Assembly (NCBI RefSeq): GCF_003334255.1
Contig: NZ_QOWU01000011.1
Reading direction: 5' to 3' (one strand)
DNA length: 64,000 nt
From: Escherichia coli
GTDB taxonomy: Bacteria > Pseudomonadota > Gammaproteobacteria > Enterobacterales > Enterobacteriaceae
A program made the position numbers and the translations under genes. Below, one piece after another: positions 1-12,738 of this stretch. The notes under the pieces are model-generated. The model searched no databases. It saw only the letters and a program-made list of their open reading frames with translations, and was not told the DNA's origin. Within the stretch, counting starts at the first letter, position 1; each line of letters opens with the position of its first letter.

Positions 1-261
1 CCAGCGTCAGAACGTTTTTGTATTCACCCAGCGTTTTACCTACCACCAGCGGAATCGCATCTTCCAGCGTTTTACGGATTTTCTCGCCGCCGGGAATTTC
101 CCCTACGCCAGTGTGACCAGAATTATCTTTGATAATCACAATATTACGCGTAAAGAACGGTGCGTGTGCACCACTCAGATTCATCAGCATACTGTCATGA
201 CCCGCCACCGGGATAACCTGCATTTCAGTAACAACAGGCGTCGTAAATTGAGAACTCATAT
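1..261 (-). CDS. gudD: Glucarate dehydratase, 5' portion only (gene runs off the window start)
   Basis: Reverse-strand ATG at 259-261 then [32 protein letters not shown]..., enolase-superfamily N-terminus paralogous to the adjacent gudX; recognised from memory as GudD. Confidence 0.85.
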
Positions 262-279
262 TTATGTCCTTTTTCAGAA

Positions 280-1620
280 TCAATGACGGCCGAAAACGGG
301 ACGTTTACGGTCAAAGGTCCAGCCGGGGATCAGGTACTGCATCGGACCTGCGTCGTTACGCGCACCGCCAGGCAGACGTTTATAGGCCTCATGTGCCTTT
401 TGTACCTGTTCCCAGTCCAGTTCCACGCCCAGACCGGGCGCATCAGGAACGGCAATTTTTCCGTTTTTAATCTCCAGCGGATTTTGGGTCAGGCGACAAT
501 CGCCCTCCTGCCAAATCCAGTGGGTATCGATAGCGGTAGGATTACCCGGTGCCGCCGCGCCCACATGGGTAAACATCGCCAGAGAGATATCGAAATGGTT
601 ATTAGAATGGCAGCCCCAGGTCAGCCCCCAGTCGTCGCAAAGCTGCGCCACACGGACTGCACCGGAAAGCGTCCAGAAGTGCGGATCGGCAAGTGGAATA
701 TCTACCGCATTGAGCATCACCGCATGACCCATTTCGCGCCAGTTGGTGGCGATCATGTTAGTCGCGACGGGCAAGCCGGTCGCCCGTCGAAATTCCGCCA
801 TCACTTCACGTCCGGAGAAGCCCTGTTCTGCGCCGCATGGATCTTCGGCATAGGTAAGAACATCATTCAGCCCTTTGCATAAAGAAATGGCTTCATCAAG
901 CAGCCATGCACCGTTGGGATCAACGGTAATCCGCGCATCCGGGAAGCGTTTCTTCAATGCACGAACAGTGTCGATTTCTTGCTCGCCAGGTAACACGCCG
1001 CCCTTAAGTTTGAAATCTTTAAAGCCGTAGCGATCCTGTGAGGCTTCCGCCAGACGCACAACGGCTTCGCTGTTCATTGCTTTCTGATGCCGCAACTGAT
1101 ACCACTCATGGTTGCCCGGCGTATTTTCCACATAAGGAAGATCGGTTTTGGTCCGATCACCGATATAAAACAGATAACCGAGGACGGTAATAGCCTCGCG
1201 TTGCTTGCCTGGCCCTAACAGTTCGCAGACCGGAACATTCAGCGCCTTACCTAGCAGGTCAAGCAAAGCGGCTTCCAGCGCCGCCACGGCGTTAACGCGT
1301 AATTCAAAGGTCCAGGCACCTTTACCGAAGGTATCAAAATCGGCGGCCTGATTACCTTTATGCACCTGCTGGACCACTTTATTCAGTCGCGCAACTTCCT
1401 GGCCCAGAACCATCGGAATAGCATCGACAAGCGTCTGATAAATCACATCTCCGCCCGGCGCTTCACCAATGCCGGTATGCCCGGCGTTATCGGTGAGTAC
1501 CACAATATTGCGGGTGAAATATGCGTTATGTGCCCCACCAATATTAAGCAACATGCTGTCATGCCCGGCCACCGGAATGACTTTCATATCAGTAATAACA
1601 GGACTGGATTGTGTCGCCAT
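280..1620 (-). CDS. gudX: Glucarate dehydratase-related protein (enolase superfamily)
   Basis: ORF 280..1635 trimmed to [29 protein letters not shown] (446 aa); position between gudD and gudP. Confidence 0.9.
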   Translation of the reverse strand: MATQSSPVITDMKVIPVAGHDSMLLNIGGAHNAYFTRNIVVLTDNAGHTGIGEAPGGDVIYQTLVDAIPMVLGQEVARLNKVVQQVHKGNQAADFDTFGKGAWTFELRVNAVAALEAALLDLLGKALNVPVCELLGPGKQREAITVLGYLFYIGDRTKTDLPYVENTPGNHEWYQLRHQKAMNSEAVVRLAEASQDRYGFKDFKLKGGVLPGEQEIDTVRALKKRFPDARITVDPNGAWLLDEAISLCKGLNDVLTYAEDPCGAEQGFSGREVMAEFRRATGLPVATNMIATNWREMGHAVMLNAVDIPLADPHFWTLSGAVRVAQLCDDWGLTWGCHSNNHFDISLAMFTHVGAAAPGNPTAIDTHWIWQEGDCRLTQNPLEIKNGKIAVPDAPGLGVELDWEQVQKAHEAYKRLPGGARNDAGPMQYLIPGWTFDRKRPVFGRH

Positions 1621-1621
1621 C

Positions 1622-2974
1622 TTATTGCCCCGCAACAGGTTTCAACTCGATACGCTTGATATCGCCCACCAGCACCAGGTAGCTCAGTACCGCGATTAAG
1701 GCATGAACACCAACATAAATCAGCGCCCCATTAAACGAGCCAGTCGTGCCAACGATATAACCAATTGCGATTGGCGTGACGATGCCAGAAATGTTACCGA
1801 ACATGTTGAACAGGCCACCGGAAAGACCGCTGATCTCTTTTGGCGCGGTATCTGCCATTACTGCCCAACCCAGCGCCCCGATGCCCTTACCGAAGAAGGC
1901 CAGCGCCATAAAGCCGATGATCATCCACTCAACGTTGACGTAGTTGCAGAACACCATCACCATCGACAGCAACATGCCCATTACGATCGGTGTTTTACGC
2001 GCAATGTTCAGCGATCCCGTGCGGCGCATCAGCCAGTCGGAAATAATCCCACCCAGCACACCGCCGATAAAACCGCAAACCGCCGGAACGGAAGCCACAA
2101 AGCCCGCTTTCAGAATCGACATCCCGCGTGCCTGCACCAGATAAACCGGGAACCAGGTAATAAAGAAGTAAGTCAGGGCGTTGATACAGTACTGACCGAT
2201 ATAAACGCCGATCATCATCCGTGACCCTAGCAGCTGTTTGATCTGCCCCCACTTCACGCTGAACGGCACTTTAACTTTGGTGTTTTGCTGATCCATATTG
2301 ATCAGCGCACCACCCGCGGCGATGTACTCCAGCTCTTTCTTATTTACCCCCGGATGTTGATTTGGCTCGTGGATGACTTTCAACCAGATAAAGCTGATGA
2401 CAATCCCCAGACCGCCCATAAAGAAGAAGACGTGTGACCAGCCCACTTCATGCGTCAGCCAGCCCATAATCGGCGCGAAGATCACCGTTGCGAAGTATTG
2501 AGCGGAGTTAAAAATCGACACCGCCGTTCCCCTTTCCTGCGCCGGAAACCAGGCCGCAACAATGCGACTGTTGCCGGGGAAAGATGGCGCTTCAGCAAGC
2601 CCGACCAGGAAGCGCAGCGTAAACAGGGCAACGATAATGCCGAATCCACTAAAGATATCGACGAAGCCTTGCAGCAAGGTAAACATCGACCAGATAAAGA
2701 TCGACCAGAAGTAGACGCGTTTTGAACCAAAACGGTCCAGCAACCAGCCACCAGGGATCTGCCCGATAACATAAGCCCATGAGAAAGCAGAGAACACATA
2801 GCCCATTCCCACGGGATCAAGGCCGATATCTTTGGCCATTTCCGAACCGGCGATAGAGAGCGTAGCGCGGTCGCCGTAGTTGAAGGATGTGACGATAAAC
2901 AACATCACCACTATCCAGTAACGAGCATTTGTGCGTTTTTCCACACTGCTCGCAGCCTGACTTAAAGAACTCAT
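1622..2974 (-). CDS. gudP: MFS glucarate/galactarate:H+ transporter
   Basis: 450 aa [31 protein letters not shown]..., multi-span hydrophobic MFS profile; first gene of gudPXD. Confidence 0.9.
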   Translation of the reverse strand: MSSLSQAASSVEKRTNARYWIVVMLFIVTSFNYGDRATLSIAGSEMAKDIGLDPVGMGYVFSAFSWAYVIGQIPGGWLLDRFGSKRVYFWSIFIWSMFTLLQGFVDIFSGFGIIVALFTLRFLVGLAEAPSFPGNSRIVAAWFPAQERGTAVSIFNSAQYFATVIFAPIMGWLTHEVGWSHVFFFMGGLGIVISFIWLKVIHEPNQHPGVNKKELEYIAAGGALINMDQQNTKVKVPFSVKWGQIKQLLGSRMMIGVYIGQYCINALTYFFITWFPVYLVQARGMSILKAGFVASVPAVCGFIGGVLGGIISDWLMRRTGSLNIARKTPIVMGMLLSMVMVFCNYVNVEWMIIGFMALAFFGKGIGALGWAVMADTAPKEISGLSGGLFNMFGNISGIVTPIAIGYIVGTTGSFNGALIYVGVHALIAVLSYLVLVGDIKRIELKPVAGQ

Positions 2975-3299
2975 TGTTGCACTCCTGAAAATTCGCGTTA
3001 GCCACGCTCACTCTGGACTGCGACATCGCCAGGAAATCAGAGGTGACGTAGGGTGTTTTTTGCCGTTTTTATAGGTCGTTCGCCGAATACGGCGCGTGTT
3101 TATATCTGGCAATAGCAGTATAAAAAGCGCGCCATAGCGGCTCACCGTGCAACAACACAACATTAATGCGTTCAATGAGGCCCGATTTTGGCATTAGCCC
3201 TGGACGGTGGAATCCACTTCACGGAAATGAAAACAAGAACAAGAAAGGAAGGGTTAAAACGAAGAAATAAAGAAGAGTATGAAATGGATCGCTTGACTC

Positions 3300-3356
3300 C
3301 AGGCAAACGCCAGTAAAAATCCGCGCTATGAAGCAGTTTTTACTGGCATTTGCCTG
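3300..3356. repeat. 20 bp inverted repeat (19/20 complementary arms, 17 nt spacer) in gudP-yqcA intergenic region
   Basis: Left arm caggcaaacgccagtaaaaa (3300-3319), right arm tttttactggcatttgcctg (3337-3356). Confidence 0.6.
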
Positions 3357-3408
3357 AAAAGATTCGATTCAGCACCGCTAAAACGACATTTACCGCTCGC
3401 TGAACATA

Positions 3409-3858
3409 TCAGGACAACAGCGTGCCCCACTGTTCGACCCACGGATTTGATTCCGTTTCCGGTTCCGGGTTCTCACTGGCGTCAATCAACAGCATTTCGC
3501 CAACCCGCAGAGCGCTCTGTTCCTGCAACAAGGCATCGAACTGTTTGCCGCCATTGCAGAAATTCACATAACTACTGTCGCCGAGCGCAATCACGCCATA
3601 ACGCAGATTCGGCTGGAAGCCCAGACTATCTTTGATTCCCTGAAAGAGTGGCACAATGCTATCAGGAAGGTCGCCCTGCCCGGTCGTGGACGTAACCACC
3701 AGAACATACTTATCCTGATAGGGCAGCCAGTCGCTTAATTCAGGATCTTCAAATACCGTTGCTTTGTGGCCCTGCGCGGTCAGAATCGCTTCCGCTTCTT
3801 CGGCCACTAACAGTGAATTCCCGTACATGGTGCCGACAAAAATACCAATTTCCGCCAT
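3409..3858 (-). CDS. yqcA: Flavodoxin-like FMN-binding protein
   Basis: 149 aa [29 protein letters not shown]..., short-chain flavodoxin pattern. Confidence 0.9.
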   Translation of the reverse strand: MAEIGIFVGTMYGNSLLVAEEAEAILTAQGHKATVFEDPELSDWLPYQDKYVLVVTSTTGQGDLPDSIVPLFQGIKDSLGFQPNLRYGVIALGDSSYVNFCNGGKQFDALLQEQSALRVGEMLLIDASENPEPETESNPWVEQWGTLLS

Positions 3859-3875
3859 ACCGTTTTCTCCCTGGA

Positions 3876-4658
3876 TTAGGAACTTATCTCTCCATCCTGA
3901 CCCGATGGCGCACTGAACTCAACCCTTTCATTTTCAGGAAGCAGACCGCGCCAGCCAAATTGTGATAACGCCTGCATCCAGGTGTCGTCCAGGCCCGCGT
4001 GAATAGTCAGCGGCTCGCCAGTAAAAGGATGCGTCAATGACAACTGACTGGCATGTAGCATTAACCGCTGGAGGCCAAAATGCTCAGCACCGCTGCGATT
4101 CTGGCGTAAATCGCCATGTTTGCTATCGCCAATAATCGGATGACGCAAATGGGCAAGATGTCGGCGAAGCTGATGTTTGCGTCCGGTTTTCGGCTCCAGT
4201 TCCACCAGGCCGTAGCGCGTGGTCGGGTAACGTCCGGTCGCTACCGGCATTTCTACGGTCGCCAGACCGCGATAATGCGTCACTGCTGGCTGCGGGCCTT
4301 TATCTTCGCGGGCAAATTTATCAGCGATTTTGTCCAGTTCTTCCACCAGTGGATAATCCAGCACCGCTTCTTCCATCAACCAGCCGCGCACAATCGCATG
4401 GTAACGTTTCTGGATTTGGTGCTGTTCAAACTGTTGTGCCAGCAGCCGTCCGGCCTCGCTGGATAATCCCATCAACAACACACCAGAAGTGGGTCGGTCC
4501 AGACGATGAGCAGTAAAAACATGCTGGCCTATCTGGTCACGCACGGTTTGCATGACCACTACTTTCTCGTCGCGATCCAGCCAGCTGCGGTGAACCAGCC
4601 AGCCGGAGGGTTTATTTACCGCAACCAGCCATTCATCCTGATAGAGTATTTCCAGCAT
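3876..4658 (-). CDS. truC: tRNA pseudouridine(65) synthase
   Basis: 260 aa ORF, RluA-family motif [12 protein letters not shown] with catalytic Asp. Confidence 0.9.
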   Translation of the reverse strand: MLEILYQDEWLVAVNKPSGWLVHRSWLDRDEKVVVMQTVRDQIGQHVFTAHRLDRPTSGVLLMGLSSEAGRLLAQQFEQHQIQKRYHAIVRGWLMEEAVLDYPLVEELDKIADKFAREDKGPQPAVTHYRGLATVEMPVATGRYPTTRYGLVELEPKTGRKHQLRRHLAHLRHPIIGDSKHGDLRQNRSGAEHFGLQRLMLHASQLSLTHPFTGEPLTIHAGLDDTWMQALSQFGWRGLLPENERVEFSAPSGQDGEISS

Positions 4659-4987
4659 TAGCTCGCATCATCCGCAAAAAGAGCATCCAGTTTTTCCAGC
4701 TCAGCCAGAATAAGCGCGCGTTGCGGATGGTCCGTCGCCAGCGCCATTTCATAATAGGGTGCAACGGCAAAAGCGCCCGGTAACGGCTGTTTGTTATCTA
4801 ACAAATCGTGCATTCGCGGGATCAGCACCCACTGCAACCACTCCAGTGGTTCCATGGTGTCCATAAAGAACGGTTGGGTACTATTAAATTGATGCGGCTG
4901 GGGTTCATCGTTTCGCCAGTGCTGATGTTCACGCAGTAACGCTTCAAGCGCCTGCAACTGGAGACGAACGCGGTCATGAGTGGTCAT
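4658..4987 (-). CDS. yqcC: DUF446 family protein
   Basis: 109 aa ORF MTTHDRVRLQLQALEALLREHQHW...; 1 nt overlap with truC start. Confidence 0.85.
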   Translation of the reverse strand: MTTHDRVRLQLQALEALLREHQHWRNDEPQPHQFNSTQPFFMDTMEPLEWLQWVLIPRMHDLLDNKQPLPGAFAVAPYYEMALATDHPQRALILAELEKLDALFADDAS

Positions 4988-5029
4988 AAAGCAACCTCAA
5001 TAAGAAAAACTGCCGCGAAGGATAGCAGG

Positions 5030-5398
5030 AATAAAAAAAGGGAGCACTGTATTCACAGCGCTCCCGGTTCGTTTCGCAGCATTCCAGCTACTTTTGTTGC
5101 TCCCTGCTCATCCTTGACAACTTTTCCTCTGGCCTTGCGGCCAATCGTTCATCCTGAACTATTGCTTCCTGCTCACACCACCCCGATGTGATACTTCATC
5201 CTGAAGTGTCCCTGGCCTTCCTGACCCACCGAATCATCCTGACCGGTTCTCATTCTCCATCCTGGAGGTGTCCTTTAACGCGTCCTGCGTCATCCTCTTC
5301 GCTTCATCCAGAAGCCTTTCCCTGAAACACCATCCTGGTGTGTCCTGCAGAAGTGTCATCATCCTGATGTTCACTTCGTTGTCTGACTCCCTGTCGAC
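5030..5398 (-). ncRNA. csrB: CsrB small RNA (CsrA-sequestering), about 369 nt
   Basis: Plus strand carries about 9 copies of catcctg (reverse complement of CAGGAUG) plus further GGA variants at irregular spacing in 5100-5370; 5' end reads GUCGACAGGGAGUCAGACAACGAAG on the minus strand; ends with hairpin GGGAGCGCUGUGAAUACAGUGCUCCC plus U7 (plus-strand 5030-5066); no ORF. Confidence 0.85.
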
Positions 5399-5571
5399 GA
5401 AGATAGAATCGTCTTTTTCGCGAAGTCTTACAAGGCGCTTACAGACAATGCCTTAAGGAAAATTTCATATGAAAGTTAAGAATTAACAATCAACATTTTG
5501 ATTTTAAATGAAAATAACGATTCTTATCTTTTTAAGTATTCGCTTATTTCCTGGCGATCTCCTACAGAGTC

Positions 5572-5589
5572 TGTAAGAGATCTCTCACA
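5572..5589. promoter_or_regulatory. 18 bp near-perfect palindrome TGTAAGAGATCTCTCACA upstream of csrB, matches UvrY/SirA response-regulator site
   Basis: Palindrome seen directly, about 180 bp upstream of the csrB 5' end; UvrY/SirA sites of this form are known upstream of csrB. Confidence 0.6.
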
Positions 5590-5608
5590 ACCAGATGGGG
5601 TATTTGGA

Positions 5609-6154
5609 TTACAGAAGAGGCTTAAGTTGATTAAGGAATTCCGCAAGATTTGAGGCTAAATGCGTCCGTTTACGTGTTCCCAGCGTCTCTTTGCACACTT
5701 CACCGGAGAGATTACACACCGAGATGACCTCTAACTCTTCTTCCAGCGTCGCGATAAATAGTGTGGGCGGCAGTTTTAGCCTTTTCTGAGTCACCAGATG
5801 ACCAATCAGATTTTCCTGCACCCGACGGAAGTCGTCTTCACTCCAGGTTTGCAGCAATGTCAGTTTGATATCGCCAAACTGCGCGTGCATATCCCCGGCA
5901 AACTGAGTCGTATAAAAGGTATGAATTGTGGGTTGTATCACAATATCAAAAGCGCGTTCAACCGCGTTTACATTTTGTTCCCCGGTAAACGGCTGGGGTT
6001 GCCAGTATACGGCATCTTCGGTAGTTGAAATAATGCACGGTGAAGGAACACCGTACAGTTCCTCACTTAACGGCCAGCTTTTATGCTCTTCATGCCACGC
6101 ATCGCAGTAGCGTGCAGTAAAATCTTTCAGGGCTTGTGCGGTCAAATCGTCCAC
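5609..6154 (-). CDS. syd: SecY-interacting protein Syd
   Basis: 181 aa [32 protein letters not shown]... Confidence 0.9.
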
Positions 6155-6221
6155 TAATTTCTCTCTTCACTTAAACCAGATACACTTGTCGTTTAGTTTA
6201 TCTGGTTTATGACGGTGAAAC

Positions 6222-7070
6222 ATGTCTTCTTATGCAAACCATCAGGCACTTGCGGGCCTGACTCTTGGAAAATCAACCGATTACCGGGATACCTATGACG
6301 CCAGCCTACTGCAAGGCGTTCCACGCAGCCTGAATCGCGACCCGCTGGGTCTGAAAGCGGATAACCTGCCTTTTCACGGTACGGATATCTGGACGCTGTA
6401 TGAACTTTCCTGGCTGAATGCGAAAGGTTTGCCGCAGGTCGCTGTCGGTCATGTTGAACTTGATTACACCAGCGTAAATCTGATTGAGTCGAAGAGTTTT
6501 AAGCTCTATCTCAACAGTTTTAACCAGACGCGTTTTAATAACTGGGATGAGGTGCGCCAGACGCTGGAGCGCGACTTAAGCACTTGCGCTCAGGGTAAGA
6601 TTAGCGTGGCGTTATATCGTCTTGATGAACTGGAAGGCCAGCCGATAGGTCATTTTAATGGCACTTGCATTGATGACCAGGATATCACTATCGATAACTA
6701 TGAATTCACTACTGACTATCTGGAGAATGCCACCTGTGGTGAAAAAGTAGTGGAAGAGACGCTTGTCAGCCACCTGCTGAAATCAAACTGCCTGATCACC
6801 CATCAACCAGATTGGGGTTCGCTCCAAATTCAGTATCGTGGACGCCAAATTGACAGAGAAAAACTGCTGCGTTACCTGGTCTCATTCCGTCATCACAACG
6901 AGTTCCACGAACAGTGCGTGGAACGCATCTTTAATGACCTGTTACGCTTCTGCCAGCCAGAAAAATTGAGCGTTTACGCACGTTATACCCGTCGTGGCGG
7001 TCTGGACATTAACCCGTGGCGCAGTAATAGCGATTTTGTCCCATCGACCACAAGACTGGTTCGGCAATAA
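6222..7070 (+). CDS. queF: NADPH-dependent 7-cyano-7-deazaguanine reductase (preQ0 to preQ1)
   Basis: 282 aa [34 protein letters not shown]... Confidence 0.9.
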   Translation: MSSYANHQALAGLTLGKSTDYRDTYDASLLQGVPRSLNRDPLGLKADNLPFHGTDIWTLYELSWLNAKGLPQVAVGHVELDYTSVNLIESKSFKLYLNSFNQTRFNNWDEVRQTLERDLSTCAQGKISVALYRLDELEGQPIGHFNGTCIDDQDITIDNYEFTTDYLENATCGEKVVEETLVSHLLKSNCLITHQPDWGSLQIQYRGRQIDREKLLRYLVSFRHHNEFHEQCVERIFNDLLRFCQPEKLSVYARYTRRGGLDINPWRSNSDFVPSTTRLVRQ

Positions 7071-7181
7071 ATTTTTTCTCAATTTTGCGTGCTGGATTCA
7101 CGCAGAAGGTTGTGAAAGGTCATCAGGCAGGGCTATTGTAATCAAAGGGAATGACGATATTCGTCCCATAAGGAGTTTTTC

Positions 7182-8546
7182 TTGATTACACATATTAGCC
7201 CGCTTGGCTCCATGGATATGTTGTCGCAGCTGGAAGTGGATATGCTTAAACGCACCGCCAGCAGCGACCTCTATCAACTGTTTCGCAACTGTTCACTTGC
7301 CGTACTGAACTCCGGTAGTTTGACCGATAACAGCAAAGAATTGCTGTCTCGTTTTGAAAATTTCGATATTAACGTCTTGCGCCGTGAACGCGGCGTAAAG
7401 CTGGAACTGATTAATCCCCCGGAAGAGGCTTTTGTCGATGGGCGAATTATTCGCGCTTTGCAGGCCAACTTGTTCGCGGTCCTGCGTGACATTCTCTTCG
7501 TTTACGGGCAAATCCATAACACCGTTCGTTTTCCCAACCTGAATCTCGACAACTCCGTCCACATCACTAACCTGGTCTTTTCCATCTTGCGTAACGCTCG
7601 CGCGCTGCATGTGGGTGAAGCGCCAAATATGGTGGTCTGCTGGGGCGGTCACTCAATTAACGAAAACGAGTATTTGTATGCCCGTCGCGTCGGAAACCAG
7701 CTGGGCCTGCGTGAGCTGAATATCTGCACCGGCTGTGGTCCGGGAGCGATGGAAGCGCCGATGAAAGGTGCTGCGGTCGGACACGCGCAGCAGCGTTACA
7801 AAGACAGTCGTTTTATTGGTATGACAGAGCCGTCGATTATCGCCGCTGAACCGCCTAACCCGCTGGTCAACGAATTGATCATCATGCCAGATATCGAAAA
7901 ACGTCTGGAAGCGTTTGTCCGTATCGCTCACGGTATCATTATCTTCCCTGGCGGTGTGGGTACGGCAGAAGAGTTGCTCTATTTGCTGGGAATTTTAATG
8001 AACCCGGCCAACAAAGATCAGGTTTTACCATTGATCCTCACCGGCCCGAAAGAGAGCGCCGACTACTTCCGCGTACTGGACGAGTTTGTCGTGCATACGC
8101 TGGGTGAAAACGCGCGCCGCCATTACCGCATCATCATTGATGACGCCGCTGAAGTCGCTCGTCAGATGAAAAAATCGATGCCGCTGGTGAAAGAAAATCG
8201 CCGTGATACAGGCGATGCCTACAGCTTTAACTGGTCAATGCGCATTGCGCCAGATTTGCAAATGCCGTTTGAGCCGTCTCACGAGAATATGGCTAATCTG
8301 AAGCTTTACCCGGATCAACCTGTTGAAGTGCTGGCTGCCGACCTGCGCCGTGCGTTCTCCGGTATTGTGGCGGGTAACGTAAAAGAAGTCGGTATTCGCG
8401 CCATTGAAGAGTTTGGTCCTTACAAAATCAACGGCGATAAAGAGATTATGCGTCGTATGGACGACCTGCTACAGGGTTTTGTTGCCCAGCATCGTATGAA
8501 GTTGCCAGGCTCAGCCTACATCCCTTGCTACGAAATCTGCACGTAA
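7182..8546 (+). CDS. ppnN: Pyrimidine/purine nucleotide 5'-monophosphate nucleosidase (LOG family)
   Basis: 454 aa ORF starting at TTG 7182 with AAGGAG 7170-7175 as RBS; [24 protein letters not shown]... (ygdH). Confidence 0.85.
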
Positions 8547-9102
8547 TCTCCGCTCCCCCGGTGACGTTTGTTGCCGGGTTTTCTCGTTTTTGGTCACTTA
8601 CTCATCAACTCATTTCATTTGTTATATGAATGTTTCTTACCACCCTCACGCGACAAATATCATCACAGTTAATATGTCATACAATTTATGTTGCAACGCA
8701 AACGTTTCCCTATTTTCATAAACCGTATTTTATCGCTATGAAAAAGAAATTATCGCCATGATTAACTAAAAGTATTGATTTTTTCAGTTCAACCTACATA
8801 TATTGCGCGCCCCGGAAGAAGTCAGATGTCGTTTAATGGGCAAATATTGCCCTTAAATTCTCTTTTACTTTTGATTTACAGAGTAAAGCGTTGGGATAAT
8901 CTATCTTCCAAGTAGATTATTGTATTTGAGATCAAGATCACTGATAGATACATAACTTGTGTGTATCTTTCCGCCCTCAAATTATTACGGCGGTAAATGA
9001 TTAAGCCATCGCCGATAGACAGATTTCATTTTTACGGTCAGGCACCTTCCCGGGCTGAACTGGCTAAAAGCTGAATTATTTGCATTCCTCCAGGAGAAAT
9101 AG

Positions 9103-10392
9103 ATGGAAACGACTCAAACCAGCACGATTGCGTCGAAAGACTCTCGTAGTGCCTGGCGCAAGACAGACACCATGTGGATGCTGGGCCTTTACGGCACGGC
9201 AATCGGCGCGGGCGTGCTGTTCCTGCCAATCAACGCCGGTGTTGGCGGTATGATCCCGCTGATCATCATGGCTATCCTTGCGTTCCCGATGACGTTTTTT
9301 GCTCACCGCGGCCTGACTCGCTTCGTACTGTCTGGTAAAAACCCGGGCGAAGACATCACCGAGGTTGTAGAAGAACACTTTGGTATTGGCGCAGGTAAAC
9401 TGATTACCCTGCTCTACTTCTTCGCTATCTACCCGATCCTGCTGGTTTATAGCGTGGCAATCACCAATACCGTTGAAAGCTTCATGTCTCACCAGCTGGG
9501 TATGACGCCACCGCCGCGTGCGATTCTGTCGCTGATCCTGATCGTGGGTATGATGACCATCGTTCGCTTCGGTGAGCAGATGATCGTTAAAGCGATGAGT
9601 ATTCTGGTATTCCCGTTTGTTGGCGTACTGATGCTGCTGGCTCTGTACCTGATCCCGCAGTGGAACGGCGCTGCACTGGAAACGCTGTCTCTGGACACTG
9701 CATCTGCAACCGGAAACGGTCTGTGGATGACCCTGTGGCTGGCAATTCCGGTAATGGTGTTCTCGTTCAACCACTCTCCGATCATCTCTTCTTTCGCCGT
9801 TGCGAAGCGTGAAGAGTACGGCGATATGGCAGAACAGAAATGCTCGAAGATCCTGGCATTCGCACACATCATGATGGTGCTGACCGTAATGTTCTTCGTC
9901 TTCAGCTGTGTACTGAGCCTGACTCCGGCAGACCTGGCTGCGGCTAAAGAGCAGAACATCTCGATTCTGTCTTACCTGGCTAACCACTTTAACGCACCGG
10001 TTATCGCGTGGATGGCTCCGATTATCGCGATTATCGCTATCACCAAATCCTTCCTCGGTCACTACCTGGGCGCACGTGAAGGCTTCAACGGTATGGTGAT
10101 TAAATCTCTGCGTGGTAAAGGTAAGTCTATCGAAATCAACAAGCTGAACCGTATCACTGCGCTGTTCATGCTGGTAACGACCTGGATTGTTGCCACCCTG
10201 AACCCGAGCATCCTGGGTATGATTGAAACCCTGGGCGGTCCAATCATCGCGATGATCCTGTTCCTGATGCCGATGTACGCAATTCAGAAAGTACCGGCAA
10301 TGCGTAAGTACAGCGGTCACATCAGCAACGTATTCGTTGTCGTGATGGGTCTGATTGCAATCTCCGCAATCTTCTACTCTCTGTTCAGCTAA
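9103..10392 (+). CDS. sdaC: Serine:H+ symporter (HAAAP family)
   Basis: 429 aa [49 protein letters not shown]..., polytopic membrane profile. Confidence 0.9.
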   Translation: METTQTSTIASKDSRSAWRKTDTMWMLGLYGTAIGAGVLFLPINAGVGGMIPLIIMAILAFPMTFFAHRGLTRFVLSGKNPGEDITEVVEEHFGIGAGKLITLLYFFAIYPILLVYSVAITNTVESFMSHQLGMTPPPRAILSLILIVGMMTIVRFGEQMIVKAMSILVFPFVGVLMLLALYLIPQWNGAALETLSLDTASATGNGLWMTLWLAIPVMVFSFNHSPIISSFAVAKREEYGDMAEQKCSKILAFAHIMMVLTVMFFVFSCVLSLTPADLAAAKEQNISILSYLANHFNAPVIAWMAPIIAIIAITKSFLGHYLGAREGFNGMVIKSLRGKGKSIEINKLNRITALFMLVTTWIVATLNPSILGMIETLGGPIIAMILFLMPMYAIQKVPAMRKYSGHISNVFVVVMGLIAISAIFYSLFS

Positions 10393-10449
10393 GTCCTTTC
10401 GCGCCGCTTTCGGGCGGCGCTTCCTCCGTTTTAACGCGATGTATTTCCT

Positions 10450-11817
10450 ATGATTAGCGTATTCGATATTTTCAAAATCGGCATTGGCCCTTCCAGTTCT
10501 CATACCGTTGGACCAATGAAAGCGGGTAAACAATTTACCGACGATCTGATTGCCCGTAACCTGCTTAAAGACGTGACCCGCGTGGTGGTTGACGTGTACG
10601 GCTCGCTCTCTCTGACCGGTAAAGGCCACCACACTGATATCGCCATTATTATGGGCCTGGCGGGTAACCTGCCGGATACCGTGGATATCGATTCCATCCC
10701 CAGTTTTATTCAGGATGTGAATACTCATGGTCGCCTGATGCTGGCAAACGGTCAGCATGAAGTGGAGTTCCCGGTTGATCAGTGCATGAACTTCCACGCC
10801 GACAACCTTTCTCTGCATGAAAACGGTATGCGCATTACCGCGCTGGCGGGCGATAAAGTCGTTTACAGCCAGACTTACTACTCTATTGGCGGTGGCTTTA
10901 TCGTTGATGAAGAGCATTTTGGCCAGCAGGATAGCGCACCGGTTGAAGTTCCTTATCCGTACAGTTCAGCAGCCGATCTGCAAAAACATTGTCAGGAAAC
11001 CGGGCTGTCACTCTCTGGCCTGATGATGAAAAACGAGCTGGCGCTGCACAGCAAAGAAGAGCTGGAACAGCACCTGGCGAACGTCTGGGAAGTCATGCGC
11101 GGCGGTATTGAGCGCGGTATTTCCACCGAAGGCGTGTTGCCTGGCAAACTGCGCGTTCCACGCCGTGCTGCGGCACTACGCCGGATGCTGGTCAGCCAGG
11201 ATAAAACCACCACTGACCCGATGGCGGTTGTTGACTGGATCAACATGTTTGCACTGGCAGTGAACGAAGAGAACGCTGCTGGCGGTCGCGTGGTGACTGC
11301 GCCGACTAACGGTGCGTGCGGGATTATCCCGGCAGTTCTGGCGTACTACGACAAGTTTATCCGCGAAGTGAACGCTAACTCACTGGCTCGTTACCTGCTG
11401 GTAGCCAGCGCCATTGGTTCTCTTTATAAGATGAACGCGTCGATTTCTGGTGCTGAAGTGGGTTGCCAGGGTGAAGTTGGCGTGGCGTGCTCAATGGCGG
11501 CGGCTGGTCTGGCAGAACTATTAGGCGCAAGCCCGGCGCAGGTGTGCATCGCGGCGGAAATCGCCATGGAGCACAACCTCGGTCTGACGTGTGACCCGGT
11601 CGCCGGACAGGTACAGGTGCCATGCATCGAGCGTAACGCCATTGCGGCAGTAAAAGCGGTGAACGCCGCACGTATGGCGCTGCGCCGTACCAGCGAGCCG
11701 CGCGTCTGCCTCGATAAAGTTATCGAAACCATGTACGAAACAGGTAAAGATATGAACGCCAAGTACCGCGAAACCTCTCGCGGCGGCCTGGCAATGAAGA
11801 TCGTTGCCTGCGATTAA
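10450..11817 (+). CDS. sdaB: L-serine dehydratase 2 (Fe-S)
   Basis: 455 aa ORF MISVFDIFKIGIGPSSSHTVGPMKAGKQF... Confidence 0.9.
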   Translation: MISVFDIFKIGIGPSSSHTVGPMKAGKQFTDDLIARNLLKDVTRVVVDVYGSLSLTGKGHHTDIAIIMGLAGNLPDTVDIDSIPSFIQDVNTHGRLMLANGQHEVEFPVDQCMNFHADNLSLHENGMRITALAGDKVVYSQTYYSIGGGFIVDEEHFGQQDSAPVEVPYPYSSAADLQKHCQETGLSLSGLMMKNELALHSKEELEQHLANVWEVMRGGIERGISTEGVLPGKLRVPRRAAALRRMLVSQDKTTTDPMAVVDWINMFALAVNEENAAGGRVVTAPTNGACGIIPAVLAYYDKFIREVNANSLARYLLVASAIGSLYKMNASISGAEVGCQGEVGVACSMAAAGLAELLGASPAQVCIAAEIAMEHNLGLTCDPVAGQVQVPCIERNAIAAVKAVNAARMALRRTSEPRVCLDKVIETMYETGKDMNAKYRETSRGGLAMKIVACD

Positions 11818-12684
<867 letters not shown>

Positions 12685-12690
12685 CGGCGA

Positions 12691-12720
12691 GCCGGATACG
12701 CCGCAAACGTCGTATCCGGC
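12691..12720. terminator. Hairpin between convergent xni and fucO (bidirectional terminator or REP-like)
   Basis: gccggatacg / cgtatccggc 10 bp perfect stem with 10 nt loop. Confidence 0.5.
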
Positions 12721-12738
12721 ATTATCACATCAGCGCAT

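Noticed and set aside
5100-5370. Short repeated motif array that could be mistaken for a CRISPR array
   Set aside because: The repeats are 7 nt GGA motifs at irregular spacing, not 28-37 bp direct repeats with uniform spacers, and no cas genes are nearby. This is csrB.
7293-7931. 119 aa and 92 aa minus-strand ORFs within ppnN
   Set aside because: Antisense to a strongly supported 454 aa gene; no independent signals.
9076-10917. 613 aa minus-strand ORF, the third longest in the ORF track
   Set aside because: It lies antisense across the intact sdaC and sdaB genes, is Arg/His/Gln-rich low-complexity sequence, and has no recognisable domain. It is a typical spurious antisense frame.
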